Made by a program: the position numbers and the translations under genes. From the human T2T-CHM13v2.0 reference genome, Homo sapiens, in NCBI RefSeq assembly GCF_009914755.1, contig NC_060930.1: a stretch of 64,000 nucleotides of DNA; one strand, given 5' to 3'. The notes beneath the pieces were generated by a model, which was not told the origin of the DNA, ran no database searches, and saw nothing but the letters and a program-made list of their open reading frames with translations. Below are positions 51,320 to 64,000 of the stretch, piece after piece (the stretch's first letter is position 1; every line of letters starts with the position of its first letter).

Positions 51320-52714
51320 AGAAATTATACACACTGCATGTCCAACAATTATACCAAATGATTTCATTCCTTCGCATAGCAAATAATTTTTTGAGCCAGG
51401 CACAGTTGCAGCCCCGAAAATACAGCAGTAAACAAGATAGATCAAATCCCCAGCCACCCCCCTCCCCCCGACAAAAAAAAAAACCCTCCCTTCAACAGAG
51501 CCTATATTATAGTTTGGGGAGACAGAATACACGAGATAAATAAAGTAAACATGATATCAGAAGGTGGTAAGTGCTAAGGAGAAAAAATAAAGTAGGAGAG
51601 GCGAGGGAGATTACCAGGTCTGGGATTGAAATTTAATGTAATTTGGATGACATGAAAGAAGATGACACAAAACCTTTAGTAGCAGCAATGAGAGACTGCA
51701 CCCTCCCCGCAAAACCTCACACTCTATTAGTCACTACCTGAATAGACTAGAGACAATTTGATACAATACAGAAAAATGTGGTCATAGGCTATCTACAAAT
51801 ACATTAGCTGAGGTCCCATTTGTAGTTATGCAGGCTCATTTTTTATTAGCTTAGGTAAGATCACAAGTCTTGCTGGACCTCTTAATTCTGTTACAGTATT
51901 GATTAAGTTTGAGCAAATGCAAAACGTGCAATTTACACATACCTTTGTGAAATCAAAACCTCTCCATTTACTGACAGAGCAGTAATTACTGCAAGAACTG
52001 AGGCCACCTCAGCTAAAACCAATAAATGATTTCATTTGCCAATGAAAAGAAAAACAGAGGCGAAGTATTAAGTCTGGGAATTGTTGCCTTGCGTTCCCGT
52101 TCTTAACCCTGGCTTGGTCCAATGGCAGAAGCATGGGTGAGCTCAGGATGATGGAGAAAAGCCCTGGGATAGTGGCTGGTAGGAATGTGTGGATTACAAA
52201 TGAAGCTACACAAGTCCCTCCATACTCTCTTGCAGGATTCCAGGTACCCTCTTGGCTTTGGCTGAAGATGCCTCCTCCAGAAGCACATGGACTCCATTCT
52301 GGGAAACCCCTGCAGCTCCCCTCAGTATGTGATTCATAGCCTCCCTTCCCTAAGTCCTCTCTGTCTAGGAGAAGGCCTTCTCCTACCTCACTCTTTCGCT
52401 CCCTCATTCCAAGAATTTTTACTGACATAGAGGCATCTAAATCTGTATCTCTTATTCAGTCCTTGTAAAGCAACCTTGGTTCATCAATGGGGCCACGATG
52501 AATACAACCACAGTGATGATATCTCACAAGTGACAGCACTTTACAGTTTATAAAAACATTTTTTGTCTATCATCTTGTCAAATCTTCACAATAATCCTAC
52601 ATCTCCATTTACAGATGAAGGCACCAAGGCTCACAGGAGGTACCCAAGGTAACAAAGAGTGGAAGCCAGGTCAGTCTGGCCACAGTGCACATGTCCACTG
52701 TTACCTTATAAAGA

Positions 52715-53135
52715 CCAGTTGCTTCCAGGGCCCAATGTACCCTTGCCTAGTAATAGAATTGTGGTTGGGGAGATGGCTTCCAGAAAAAAGACATTATTTC
52801 CCAGCCTCCCTTGCAACTAGGTGTAGCCATGTGGCCAAGTTCTGGCCAATGAAGTGTAAGTGGTAAAGGTATAGACAACTTCTAGGAAGTGTCCTTAAAG
52901 GAAGGGTTGAGCTCTTCCCTCATCTCCTTCCTGCTGGCTGGAATGTGAATGTGACAGATGGAGCTGCAGTGGTCATCTTGAACCATAAGGTGGATTTGGG
53001 AGTGAAAGACATGCAGGGTAATAAGGTGCAAGGAGCTTGGACCACCTAGTTAGAGTTTATATAAGAGGAAAATAAACTTCTATTGTACAGTTTGGATTTT
53101 CTGTCACTCAAAGTCATACCTTGTCCTAAGTTATA
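52715..53135 (+). mobile_element. MLT1 (J-like) LTR
   Basis: atttcccagcctcccttgcaactaggtgtagccatgtg...ttcctgctggctggaatgtg...aataaacttcta. Confidence 0.7.
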
Positions 53136-53483
53136 TAATAGTATTTTGTCTACAAACAGAGCTGCCCTTGGATATCTCTCTACCTCTGCAACCAGAATGC
53201 TAATTTGGAGGCTCTTTATCTCTCCCCTGGACTGCTGCAATAGCTCCTGACTAATCTCCCCTGCTCCTAGTTTCAGTATTTCATATCCTTTTTCCACTCT
53301 GTGGACAGAGGGACCTAACAATGATACTACTCTGGCTACATTCTTTCCTGGCTCAAAAACTTTTCCCATTTGCTCCAAGGTGGTGTTTGAACATCTTCCA
53401 ATGGGTGCTAGTGTCCCACAACCACATTCCTGCCCAGCTCTTTAGCGGAATTTCTACCCTTCTCTGCCCAGAGTTTTAAGTGA

Positions 53484-53794
<311 letters not shown>

Positions 53795-54173
53795 TGCCAT
53801 CACACCATTTCTTATCCATGTGTATTTGCTCATGCCTCCTTTCCACCTTGAACAATGACCTGCCTTTACCTGGCCAACTCCTAATGTCCTTCAGTGTTAA
53901 CTCGGACTTTACTCTGCAGGATGTCCTTTCTGTTCTGTCTCTTAGCCCCATTCTAGACTGTGTTCCACCAATTCCCAGCTCAGGTCTCTATCACTACATT
54001 TACCACACTGCATTATAATGATTTCATATGGGTCTATTCTTTCCTTTAGACTGTGAAACCCTCCAAAGCAAGGACTGGTGTGTTTTTCATTATTTTCTCA
54101 CTAGGATCTGGTGCAAAACATGGCCTAACCATTCATATTTCTGATGAATCAATAGATTAATTAATTATAGCAG

Positions 54174-54499
54174 TGCTATGGTTTGAATGTATGCCTTAAA
54201 GTTCATGTGTTGGAAACTTAATCATCAATGCAACAATGTTGAGAGTTGGGACCTTTAAGGTGATTAGGTTATGATGAATTAATGCTGTTATGGTGGAGTA
54301 GGTTCCTGATAAAAGAATTAGTTGTCCACTCCCCTCCCCACTTCAGCCATGGGATGATGCAGCAAGAAGACCCTTGTCAGATGCAAGCCCCTTGACCTTG
54401 GGCTTCTCAGCTTCCAGAACTGTAAGAGATAAATCTCTGTTCCTTATAAATTATCCACTCTCAGGTATTCTGTGATGGCAGCATAAAAGGACTAAGACA
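54174..54499 (+). mobile_element. MST (MSTD-like) MaLR solo LTR
   Basis: TGCTATGGTTTGAATGT...GGACTAAGACA. Perfect 5-bp TSD AGCAG (54169-54173 / 54500-54504). Confidence 0.9.
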
Positions 54500-54760
54500 A
54501 GCAGACTCTGTTGGGTGTCTCACTCACACCCCTCAATGTCCACCATTCCCATGCATTCTGAGGGCTTCCTGCCCCAAGCACATGTGACTCTGCCTTCCGT
54601 GGCCACAAGAGTCAGTGGGCTATGGAAGACAGGTCAAAAATGCAGAAGAGTTATTCAACCCCTACTCCAAACCAATCTCGGATGGGAGCTGGTGAATAAG
54701 TACCCCAGCCTTCTCACCCTTTGGGTAGGATGACTCTCAGGTGTAATCTACACAATCTCT

Positions 54761-55265
54761 TGTGGTAGGCAGAATAATGGCCCTTTATAGATGTCCACAT
54801 CTTCATCCCTAGAGCCTATGAATATGTGAGGTTACATGACAATAAGGAATTAAGGTTGCAGATATAATTAAAGTTGCTAATCAGCAGACTGTAAAGTAAA
54901 TATTATGCTGGATTATCCTGGGAGCATCCAATATAATCAATAGGGTCCTTAAATATGAAAGAGGGAAGGAGGTGACAAGGTCAGAGTGATGCAATGTGAG
55001 AAGAACTAGACCCACTGTTTCTGGCTTTGAGGGATGGGGTCATAAGCTAAGGAGTGTGGGCAGCCTCTAGAAGCTAGAAAGAGCAAGGAAACATATTCTA
55101 CCCTAGAGCCCCCTGAAAGGAATGTAGCTCTGCCAGTACCTTGATTTTAGTTTAATGAGACCCATTTTGAACTTCTGAACTACAGAACCGTCGGATCATA
55201 TATTTGTTATTTTAAGCTATCAATTTTGTGATAACTTGTTACAGAAGCAACAGGAAACTAATGCA
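54761..55265 (+). mobile_element. MLT1D solo LTR
   Basis: TGTGGTAGGCAGAATAATGGCCC...ggaattaaggttgcagat...gcagcctctagaagctagaaa...aggaaactaatgca. Confidence 0.88.
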
Positions 55266-56638
55266 CTCCTGGAAGTCTCCAGGAAACATGAGTCTCAGGT
55301 GTTCAAATCAGTGACTTGCTTATGAGCAGCCCCATATTGGCTTCTTGCCCTTCCTGCTCTCACTTCCTTACTTCTCTATCAATGCCTCTTGAAGTCACCC
55401 CCAGATAAACTTCTTACTCTCAGATCCTGACTTGGTTTACTTCTGGGAAAATCCAACATAAGATATTAATTAATTGGAGAAAACAGGGAGATATTTGACC
55501 ACAAAAACCTGGGCTCTCCTGACCCATGTAGGATTTGACTCAGATCTGATACCTGACAGCTTCAGGATCCTTGAACAACATAGGATGTTCCCAAGAGGAT
55601 CAAATTTCTGGGAATTTGGGGACTGGAGAGATACCCCACAATACCAGGAGTGAGGAGGGTGGGATGGGATGGAACAGAGGTTGAGCAGCAGTGGGCTTAC
55701 ACTGTCCACCCAGAGAAGAACAGCAGTGACCTCTAACTTGCCACTGCTGCCCTCAGGTAAGTTCCTGGAGGGGAAGGGAGGCTTTAACCTGGAAAAGAAA
55801 AGGTTGTGGGGGTGGAGACGGTAACTGGTAGAACAAGGCAGTAGTGGTGACAGAAGGCAATCCTCTTAAGGCCCTACAGTCTACCAGGGGTTTACTTAGA
55901 ATATGGCAAGAAAGAGAAAGTGGTACAGCAAGGGAAGACTTGAGGCTCTCAGCTACTGACTCTCTCTTTCATTAGCCACCGAGCACTTCTTTGGGGTCTG
56001 AGATCATGGGATAATTATCTGCAAGAGAGTCCAGGAGATGTAATAAATAGGATGACCTTTGCAGGTCCATTCCCACCTGACATTTGGATACTTTATGACC
56101 TTAAGGCAAGATGACCAGATCACCCCAAGGAGCAGGCAGCAAGGATAAAGGGAGGGAAAAGCAGGAGAACCTATAAATGCGTTAAGCAAAGGTCACCCAG
56201 ATGTTGCCAGGCCATCTTTCTGCAATTTTAGGGGAGGTTCCAGATGGGGAAATGAAGCTTGGTCCCAGGGAGCCCTTCACTGGAGGGAAGAGTCTCAGTC
56301 CCATTTTTAAAGATCCCCTGATGTTATAGGTAGAGCAAGGACACCCACCTGAAAGACAGCCATTAGCATCCAGTAATGTCTAGTATAAGCAGGGGTTTCC
56401 ATCATGAGATGATACAGGCAGAAAGGAGAGGCCCCCACTCAAGAGTCTACCAGAATTGTTCCCGCCAGAGGACAAAGATACAGCATCCTGGGCTGGACCT
56501 AGCATGAGATTTAGAGGTAGATGGTGCTCCAATCCACTTCCACTTCTTCATCCCTATGCAAGTCACCCCAGGCAAGTCACTTCTGTCCCTGCCTTAATTT
56601 TTTAGCCGTAAAATGAGGACAACGTGTGCTTTACTTAT

Positions 56639-57019
56639 TGTTATAGGATGAATATGGCCAAAATTCATAAGTATGTTGAAATCCTAAGCCCAAGTGCCTG
56701 AGAAATATAACTGTATTTGGAGGTAAGAGTCTTGAAGAAATAATTAAGGTAAAATGAAGTCATATATATGGGGCCGTAATCCCATGTGCCTGGTATTCTT
56801 AAAAGAAGTAAAAGTATGGACATGGACACACACAGAGGAAAAATCATGGGAAGACAGAGGGAGAAGACGGCCACCTACAAGTCAAGTAGAGAGGCCTCAA
56901 AAGAAGCCAACCCTGCCGACCCCTGGATCTGGGCTCATAACCTCTAGAATGGTGAGAAAATAAATTTGTATTGTTTAAACCACCTGTTTTTGTTTTGGTA
57001 GACCTAGCAAAGTAATACA
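56639..57019 (+). mobile_element. MLT1B-like solo LTR inserted in a MIR
   Basis: TG...TAATACA termini. Perfect TSD CTTAT (56634-56638 / 57020-57024). Confidence 0.88.
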
Positions 57020-57048
57020 CTTATCTCAGTATTTGGAAAGTTGAATGA

Positions 57049-57088
<40 letters not shown>

Positions 57089-57101
57089 TGTGTGTGTGTG
57101 T
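57049..57101 (+). repeat. (GAT)13(GT)7 compound microsatellite in a MIR remnant
   Basis: Seen directly. Confidence 0.95.
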
Positions 57102-57614
57102 TTCAAAAATGAGGCCCTTTCCCCCTCCCATTAGTCCTCCTTCCTAGGTCCCTACTGTTCTTTCTATCACTTGATGAACTGAGGGGAGAGCTTTCTCCAG
57201 ATCCTGTCTGGGGCAGGCCCAGCTGCCTGTGTCCTTGGAGGCTGGACTCAGCCTGCAGATACTGCAGCAGGCTCTGAGCTAGAGCCAAGACCTAAATCAG
57301 AGGAGGTGACATCCCCTCCTCCAATTGCGCTCCCTCCACAGCTCAGCCATGCTCACATCTCAGTGGCACAGACATGGAGACAGTGTCTGAGGGACACAGT
57401 TAGTGACTCTTGGCAAAGTCCAGAGTAGCAATACAACAGGGCTTTACAGGTGAGCTATCTGCAACCTGAATGGTAAGAAGAAAAAACAAGGAAGTTCCAG
57501 AGAGCCTGGGCATTGATCAAGGACATCTCCATGGCAGGAGACAGGAAACCAGCTGTTCTCTCTTTGACAGAGACCTAGCCTCGGCCATGGGAGGTTCTGA
57601 GTCTGGCCTCATTA

Positions 57615-57875
57615 TTTCCCAATCTGATGGAGGAGATATAGCCTGTCTTCAGGGGACTCTTACTCAACGGAGAGAAACAGCCTCTAATTTCAGAATGACC
57701 TATTAGATGAAAGAAATCTGAGCCTTAGGGTGCTCCAATCAGACAGAGGAGCCAAATATGACTTCCTGTGTCTCCTAGTATGATGGAAGAGACCTAGTCC
57801 TTGTCATAGGCAGTCTCCAGTCTAATGAGGGTAGACAGCCTCTGCTTCAGGAATTTCCATATCTGACAGGACATA
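57615..57875 (-). repeat. Degenerate ~40-bp tandem array C, reverse-orientation relative of arrays A and B
   Basis: Units such as ccaatctgatggaggagatatagcctgtcttcagggga and ccagtctaatgagggtagacagcctctgcttcagga resemble the reverse-complement unit ccagtctgaggggagacacagccctgtcctcagggag. Confidence 0.55.
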
Positions 57876-58813
57876 CTCATCCAGCTCCAGTCCCTGCTCA
57901 TGACCTTCCTAAGTGGATGAACAGGCCCTATTCACCCAGGACGGGGGTTCCCAAAACTCTTCTGTCATTAATTCCATACTTGGTTATTGGGCACCTGCTC
58001 TGGGGTGGGCTGTGGGGACTCAGAGGTGAACCTTTCTGAACCTGGGCTCTGAACTCCAGGAATTCCCAGGCTAGTGTCAGAAGCAATTGGTGAACAAGTC
58101 CTTGGCCCTCACTGCCTTCTTCCCCACCCACAAGCACTGGGAGGTCCCGGTAATGCTCTCACTAGATGATCCAGGCCTCATTAGCTGTCAGAACTTGCCT
58201 TGACCATCTCTGCGATCTGTGTCCAGCATGGGGTGCGGCCCCAGTAAAAACATGATAAGAAAGGGATGTATTAAAACCACACAGAATGGAAAGCAAAGGA
58301 ATCAGTGAGAGCAATCATTCCTTTGGGGAAGAAGGGGTGTTTGAATGGGCGGAACTGGGCTCAGATGTAGGTCACAGCCAAGCTTTTGTTTTGGGTGGTG
58401 GGATTGTGTGCACTTATTCCATTACTAAAGAAAACTGTAATAAAAGTGGGTTATGTGAAGCGCAAAGAGTAGTGAGATTAAACCAGATCTGGGGGCCTGA
58501 AGTTCAAAGAGGAAAAACAGTACCCAGTGAAAACAATATGAATGGGCAGTTATAGAGGTGCTGAAGGAGCATGGGGGCTTATCCATGCCTGTGAGGTGGT
58601 GGGAGGACGTGGCAGGAGAATGACAGGCAGCTGAGCTCCTGTTCCACCTCTGCCCCTTACCCCATCTCCTCATGCATGTCTCTTCTCCTTTCTGGCTTCA
58701 TTTGTAAAATGGGAATCATGTCGGCCCTATGTATCCTCCCGGTCAATTTTGAAGTGCAGTGAGTGGCATGCAGGGGACAGGAGGAGGGACAGGAGCTCAT
58801 CTGAGATAACCAT

Positions 58814-59272
58814 TGTAGTGGGTTGAATGGAGGCCCCCCAAAAGGTATATCCACGTCCTAATCCCTGAACCTGTGAATGTGTCCTTATCTAAAAAAAGGG
58901 TATTTCCAGATGTAATTTAGTTAAGGTGATGTGATTGTCCTGGATTACCCGGGTGGGCCCTAAATCCCATGACAAATGCCCTTATAAGAGGCACAGGAGG
59001 GGAAGACACACAGAGAGGGGAAAAGGCCATGTGATGACCGAGGCAGGGGTTGGAATGAGGCAGCCACAAGCCAAGGAACACCCGGAGTCATCAGAAACTA
59101 GAAGAGGCAAGGAAGGCTTCTCCCCTACAGCCTTCAGAGGCAGTGTGACTCCAGCACCTTGGTTTCAGACTTCAGGCCCTCAGGACTATAAGAGGACATA
59201 TTTCTGTTGGCTTAAGCCATCCAGCCATCCGGTTTGTGGTCATTTGTTGCAGATGTCCCAGAAAGCGATCCA
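58814..59272 (+). mobile_element. MLT1C solo LTR
   Basis: TGTAGTGGGTTGAATGG...gccacaagccaaggaa...gaagaggcaaggaagg. Perfect TSD ACCAT (58809-58813 / 59273-59277). Confidence 0.9.
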
Positions 59273-59449
59273 ACCATCATCTTTGGACAGGAAACCTCCT
59301 ATCCTGGGCTAGTAGGGCCTGTTAGTCCACTGAGAAAGGCCACGAGCAGGGCTCAGGGTTAGATGGGTGGGACAGTATGCAAGGCAGCCTCCACCCCATG
59401 TCTGATTCTGGAGAGTCATCCCATAATGAGCTTAGTATATCCAACCATC

Positions 59450-59843
59450 ATCTCCATTGCATTTCTCAGGCTCTCCTTCCCTCTGGCTCTTGGGTTTGGT
59501 CACTGGAAGGCACTCATAGGAGATTGGAGGATGGACAGAGAACCAGGTCAGGGCATATCTGCTGCAGTCCCACAAACCCACCTGCTTCATAGAGGCCCTG
59601 GCAGGGGCCTTTCGGGGTTCCAGTTCTCACTGACTGGCCTCTCTCATGAACTACAGCTCTGTGTCCCTCCCTCCCTTACCCTAATAGCCTTAAAAATGGT
59701 GCTGCTCCTGCCTTGTCCCCCCAAGAGCTGCACCAGGACATCCCTCTACCCTGCACACACCCTGTAAACCATCACTTTACTCATCTCTGTAGTTAATGCT
59801 GGGAGTTAGTCATCTACCCACAGCTGGGTCCTCACCAACCACA
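59450..59843 (+). mobile_element. LTR33-like LTR fragment
   Basis: ccctctggctcttgggtttgg...aggagattggagg...ccctgcacacaccctgtaaac. Confidence 0.55.
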
Positions 59844-60208
59844 GTGTCCACTTAGGAGCAGAGGGACAGACTTGTAACCCGGAGCCAGTCCCTTCCTTTT
59901 GAATTCCCACTGGTGGATTTGTCTTTCTAGAGCATCACATTGGGTGATCATGGGCCCCTTGGCACCTAAAGCACATGTCTGGGTCTGCTTTTCACCTGCC
60001 ACACATCTCCCCATCCTGCCTGCAGAACCCCACTTGCCAAGCCAACATGGCTCCCCAAGGCATGTGGGCTGGGGAAACAGGCAGTCATGGGCTGGGTGCA
60101 TCTGAGAAAACACAATGCCCACTCCTTCCACACCTGCTCAGGTAATAGAACCCACAGAGAAATGGAGCCAAGTGTTTTCCATTTAATTAACAATTTAAGA
60201 CGCTGTGT

Positions 60209-60628
<420 letters not shown>

Positions 60629-61109
60629 TCAGCTCCTGCATTGCCTGCTGCTGTCCTCACTATTCACATCCAACACAGGCACCTGCTGGGCCTGGACCCA
60701 CCTCCAGGGGAACACCAGGGGTGGGGATGGAGCATAAGAGACAGGGTCAGGACATAGGGTGGGTGGTTGCACCACAGATGCCTGGAATGTCAGAGATCCC
60801 TGAGTTAATCCCTCATCCTACGGAGGATTGCAAGGACCAGGAGTGGCAGGGTCACACCCAACCTTGGGGACAGCAGGCTGAGAAGGATGTTGGTACATCG
60901 GGGTGTGTCCAGCTGGTCTGGGCCTGATAGGTGAGGGGCGTGGGGGGCAGTGGCTGAGAAAGAAAAAGGGCTGAGGGGGCCAGGGGCCCACAAGCTTGTT
61001 CAATCCAAGGCTGCTGGCAGGGGTACGGATGAGGCTGATGTGCAGATATCTGAGAGTGTCTGGGAAAGGGGATGGGGCTCTTCTTACCGGCTCCAGAACT
61101 GAAGCCAGG

Positions 61110-61280
61110 GTAGAAGGTACAGGAAGGCAACTTTAGGGCTCAACTTCCAAATGACTTTTCCCAAAATCCAAACCATGGGAAGATGGATGGCTCTAGTCTC
61201 CTGGCAAAGTAATGAGTAGGCTGTCACTGCATGTGTTCAAGCAAAGGCTAGGCTGCCACGGTTCAGGGATGCTGTCATAT
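61110..61280 (+). mobile_element. L3/CR1 3' fragment
   Basis: gtaatgag...ctgtcactgcatgtgttcaagcaaaggct...tcagggatgctgt. Confidence 0.55.
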
Positions 61281-63452
61281 TGTCATGCCATGGGGAGCTC
61301 TGCAAAGTGTCACACCGACTGCTGAAATCTCTCCCCAGTACACACTGAACTGCCCTGGGAGAGGTGGTGTGGCATGCTGTTGAGCGTTCAGCCCTAGAGC
61401 CAGCTGGCCCGGTTCAAATTCCTGCTCTGCTTTTGAGGAGTGGAGCTACCTGGGGTGGCTCACTGCAGCCACCCCCAACTCCAATACTATATTAGAAGGA
61501 TGACAATGGCAGTGCTGCCTTCAAAGCGTTGCAGTGAGGATGGAATGAGTTAATACTGCAAGTACCTGTTCATTCTGATTGCACAACCAGAAAGGCCACT
61601 CAGACCAGTATCCATCCTCCAGACCAGCCAGGAAGGATTTCACTTTGTATTACACTAAGAGAGGTGCCTTCTCTGGGATGACTTGCCACATACCCACAAC
61701 CAGATATATAGTTCCCTGAAGGAAGAGGGTAAGCAGGGGACCCCAACACTGCAAAGCAAGCCCCTTGAGAGGGTGCCTGAGTGCCCAGAAGCAGCGAGGG
61801 CCTATTTATTCACACCTATTTAGTGAACCTCATGCCCCAGGTATCCCAAATGCTGGAGGGCCCAGTCACAGGGACCCAGTGACTTGCATTACCCAATAAC
61901 AAATAGATGCCCCAGCCCCACTTGCAGGGTCCTAAACATGAGCTCCCCGGTGTGTGTGTGCACATGCACGGAAATAAAGACAATCAGGTTGTACTTATAG
62001 GAAACTTGAATTCTTCCCCGGTCAACCCCTGCACTGTCCCCTCCCTCTGTCTCTGCTCCTCATCTTCCCTCCACCTTCCCTCCAGCCCCTTCAGTTTCTC
62101 TTATTTGGCTTCCTCCCCAGAGCTGGATAGGTGTTTCCAGGTCAAGACAATTGGTCGATTCCATCAAAACCCACAGCAGGTGGGGCTTTGAAAAAACCAG
62201 GAGTCTGCAGATTTATTCTCGCAACACTTTTCACTGCTTGCCTGAACTTCTCACTTTTCTGTAGGCTGAGTTGGCATCTGAAGACCCTCTGCTGTTGGCC
62301 ACAGCAGCAACTCAGAAGAAGTGGGAGGATTTAGGAGTGCAGAGAGCAGAGAAGCTGCTTTGGGCATTTTCAGCCTAATAAGCCTTCCCGGGCATCCTGC
62401 CAAATGACCTTGGGGGGCCTGTGGGGTAACCCTCGCCACCTGCTAGCATTCAGATTCACCCCGTGTAAGCCGAGCTGGATTTGTGCACTTCCCTCCTCCT
62501 GATGCTGGTGTGGCTCAAGCCACTTCAGAAGCTGCATCCTATGCTTCCAGGGAGATCCTACGGGAGCCCTGGATGTGACCTGACTCTGAGCAGCATTTGA
62601 CATGCTGATACCCTTTCTCCCCAGGCCTCTCTCCTGCCTGCACCTGCTGCCTCACCTTTCAGGCACCTTGGCAGGCTGACATGTAGGCACCATGTCATTC
62701 CCTAAACTGCATTGTATTGGCTCTGAACTTTCAGTGAGTGTGTTTCTCCTTGGCTTGGAACCTCCCATCTCTGTCTCTCCCACCCTGGCATTCACACCCT
62801 TCATTCACTCGGGGCTGCATCCGTCAGGAGCTCCTGAACCACCTGTTTCTCTGGCTGTTTCGGAAATGGGTCTCATTGGGCGAGATGCTGGAACAGGGGA
62901 CACAAAATACACACCTGCCTCATCCCTGCCTCTCGGGATCCAGCTCACATCTCTTCTCCCACGCCTCCAGATCCCTCCTCTTACCTTCTTGCTCCCCAAG
63001 ATAGGTGATCTTCTGGGCCCCAGCCAAACTCCAGGGCCCCACTCTACTGGATGGCAGCCAGGAGGGGTGGTTATAAACTGACAAGCAGCTCCCAGTTGCC
63101 ACGCCTCAGCCAGACTGCTTGTGAAGCGTCTCAGGTAGCATCCTGCCTCCTCCCAGCTTAAATGTCATGTCTCCAGGAAGCTCCCGAAAAGGAGACAGCG
63201 TGTGTCAGACTAGAAAGTGCCTCTGCTTCAAAGTCAAGAAAACCTAGGTTTAAACTCCAGCCCAGCCATCTTCTAGCCATGTTGGGGATGTGACATAGCC
63301 CCCCAGGCCTCCGTTTCCACTCCCAGTCATTGGGGGAAATGGTCATGGCCAACTCTTCCAGAGGACAAGGCATGGTTCCCAGGGTGCTATAGATACTAAT
63401 TCATTAAACCCTCACAACACCCCAGAAGGTGGGCATTACTATTATCATCCCT

Positions 63453-63706
63453 GTTTTGTTTTTTATTTAAGTTCTGGGATATATGTGCAGAACGTGCAGG
63501 TTTGTTACATAGGTATACATGTGCCATGGTGGTTTGCTGCATCTATCAACCCATCATCTAGAATTTAAGCCCCACATGCATTAGGTATTTGTCCTAATGC
63601 TCTCCCTCCCCTTGCCCCACAACCCCCAACAAGCCTCGGCGTATGATGTTCCTGTCCCTGTATCCATGTGTTCTCATTGTTCAGCTCCCACTTATGAGTG
63701 AGAACA
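63453..63706 (-). mobile_element. L1PA (PA7/8-like) 3' end, 5'-truncated, inserted in a MIR
   Basis: aagttctgggatatatgtgcagaacgtgcaggtttgttacatagg...cttatgagtgagaaca. Perfect TSD TATCATCCCT (63443-63452 / 63707-63716). Confidence 0.92.
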
Positions 63707-64000
63707 TATCATCCCTATATTACCAGTGAGGAAACTGAGGCAGAGTAGTTACATCACCTACCCAGGGATACATAACTAAAAACTGGCCGCCTGGACCCAC
63801 CATGCCCTTAACCACTATTACACACTGCCTCGCACACATGCCTCCTCACTCACCGGAATGCAAACACCCAGGTGTTCCTGGCACACAGCAGGAACACAGT
63901 CATGCAAAATGGTCTTAGGGTCGTTGTTTTTTTAGATGTGGGGCTTTCAGGCAGGCCCACAGGGTCTAATAGGTATAGTGGGGGAAACCTGGGCACCTTC

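Larger units (their letters stand above)
54166..55465 (+). mobile_element. LTR16-family LTR hosting the MST and MLT1D insertions
   Basis: tatagcag|agcagactctgttgggtgt...aataagtaccccagccttctcaccc...cccagataaacttcttactctcagatcct. Confidence 0.7.

Overview
Mammalian, almost certainly human, genomic DNA (AluJ/S/Y, L1PA, MER4 and MaLR repeats). The window lies inside the minus-strand gene LRFN2 (SALM1), a synaptic adhesion molecule. It holds one coding exon, 23052..21635 (1418 nt), with an 18-nt 5'UTR remnant, the ATG and 1400 nt of CDS encoding the signal peptide, LRRs, Ig domain and the start of FN3. Everything else is intron: 23053-64000 upstream, 1-21634 downstream. The introns are full of transposon relics (Alu, MIR, L2, L3/CR1, L1, LTRs, hAT MITEs) and microsatellites. 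The other ORFs in the track are repeat-derived or chance. I cannot demonstrate a new biological system. The best leads are: (1) a dispersed ~38-40 bp hairpin-forming minisatellite family, apparently derived from the L2 3' end, present as three arrays; (2) a ~180-bp inverted duplication at a junction between two truncated LTRs; (3) both intron read-through and back-splicing of the exon would stop translation almost immediately and give a secreted LRR-Ig ectodomain; (4) several local template-switch or duplication footprints. Repeat subfamily names come from recalled consensus sequences, and boundaries without a TSD are approximate.
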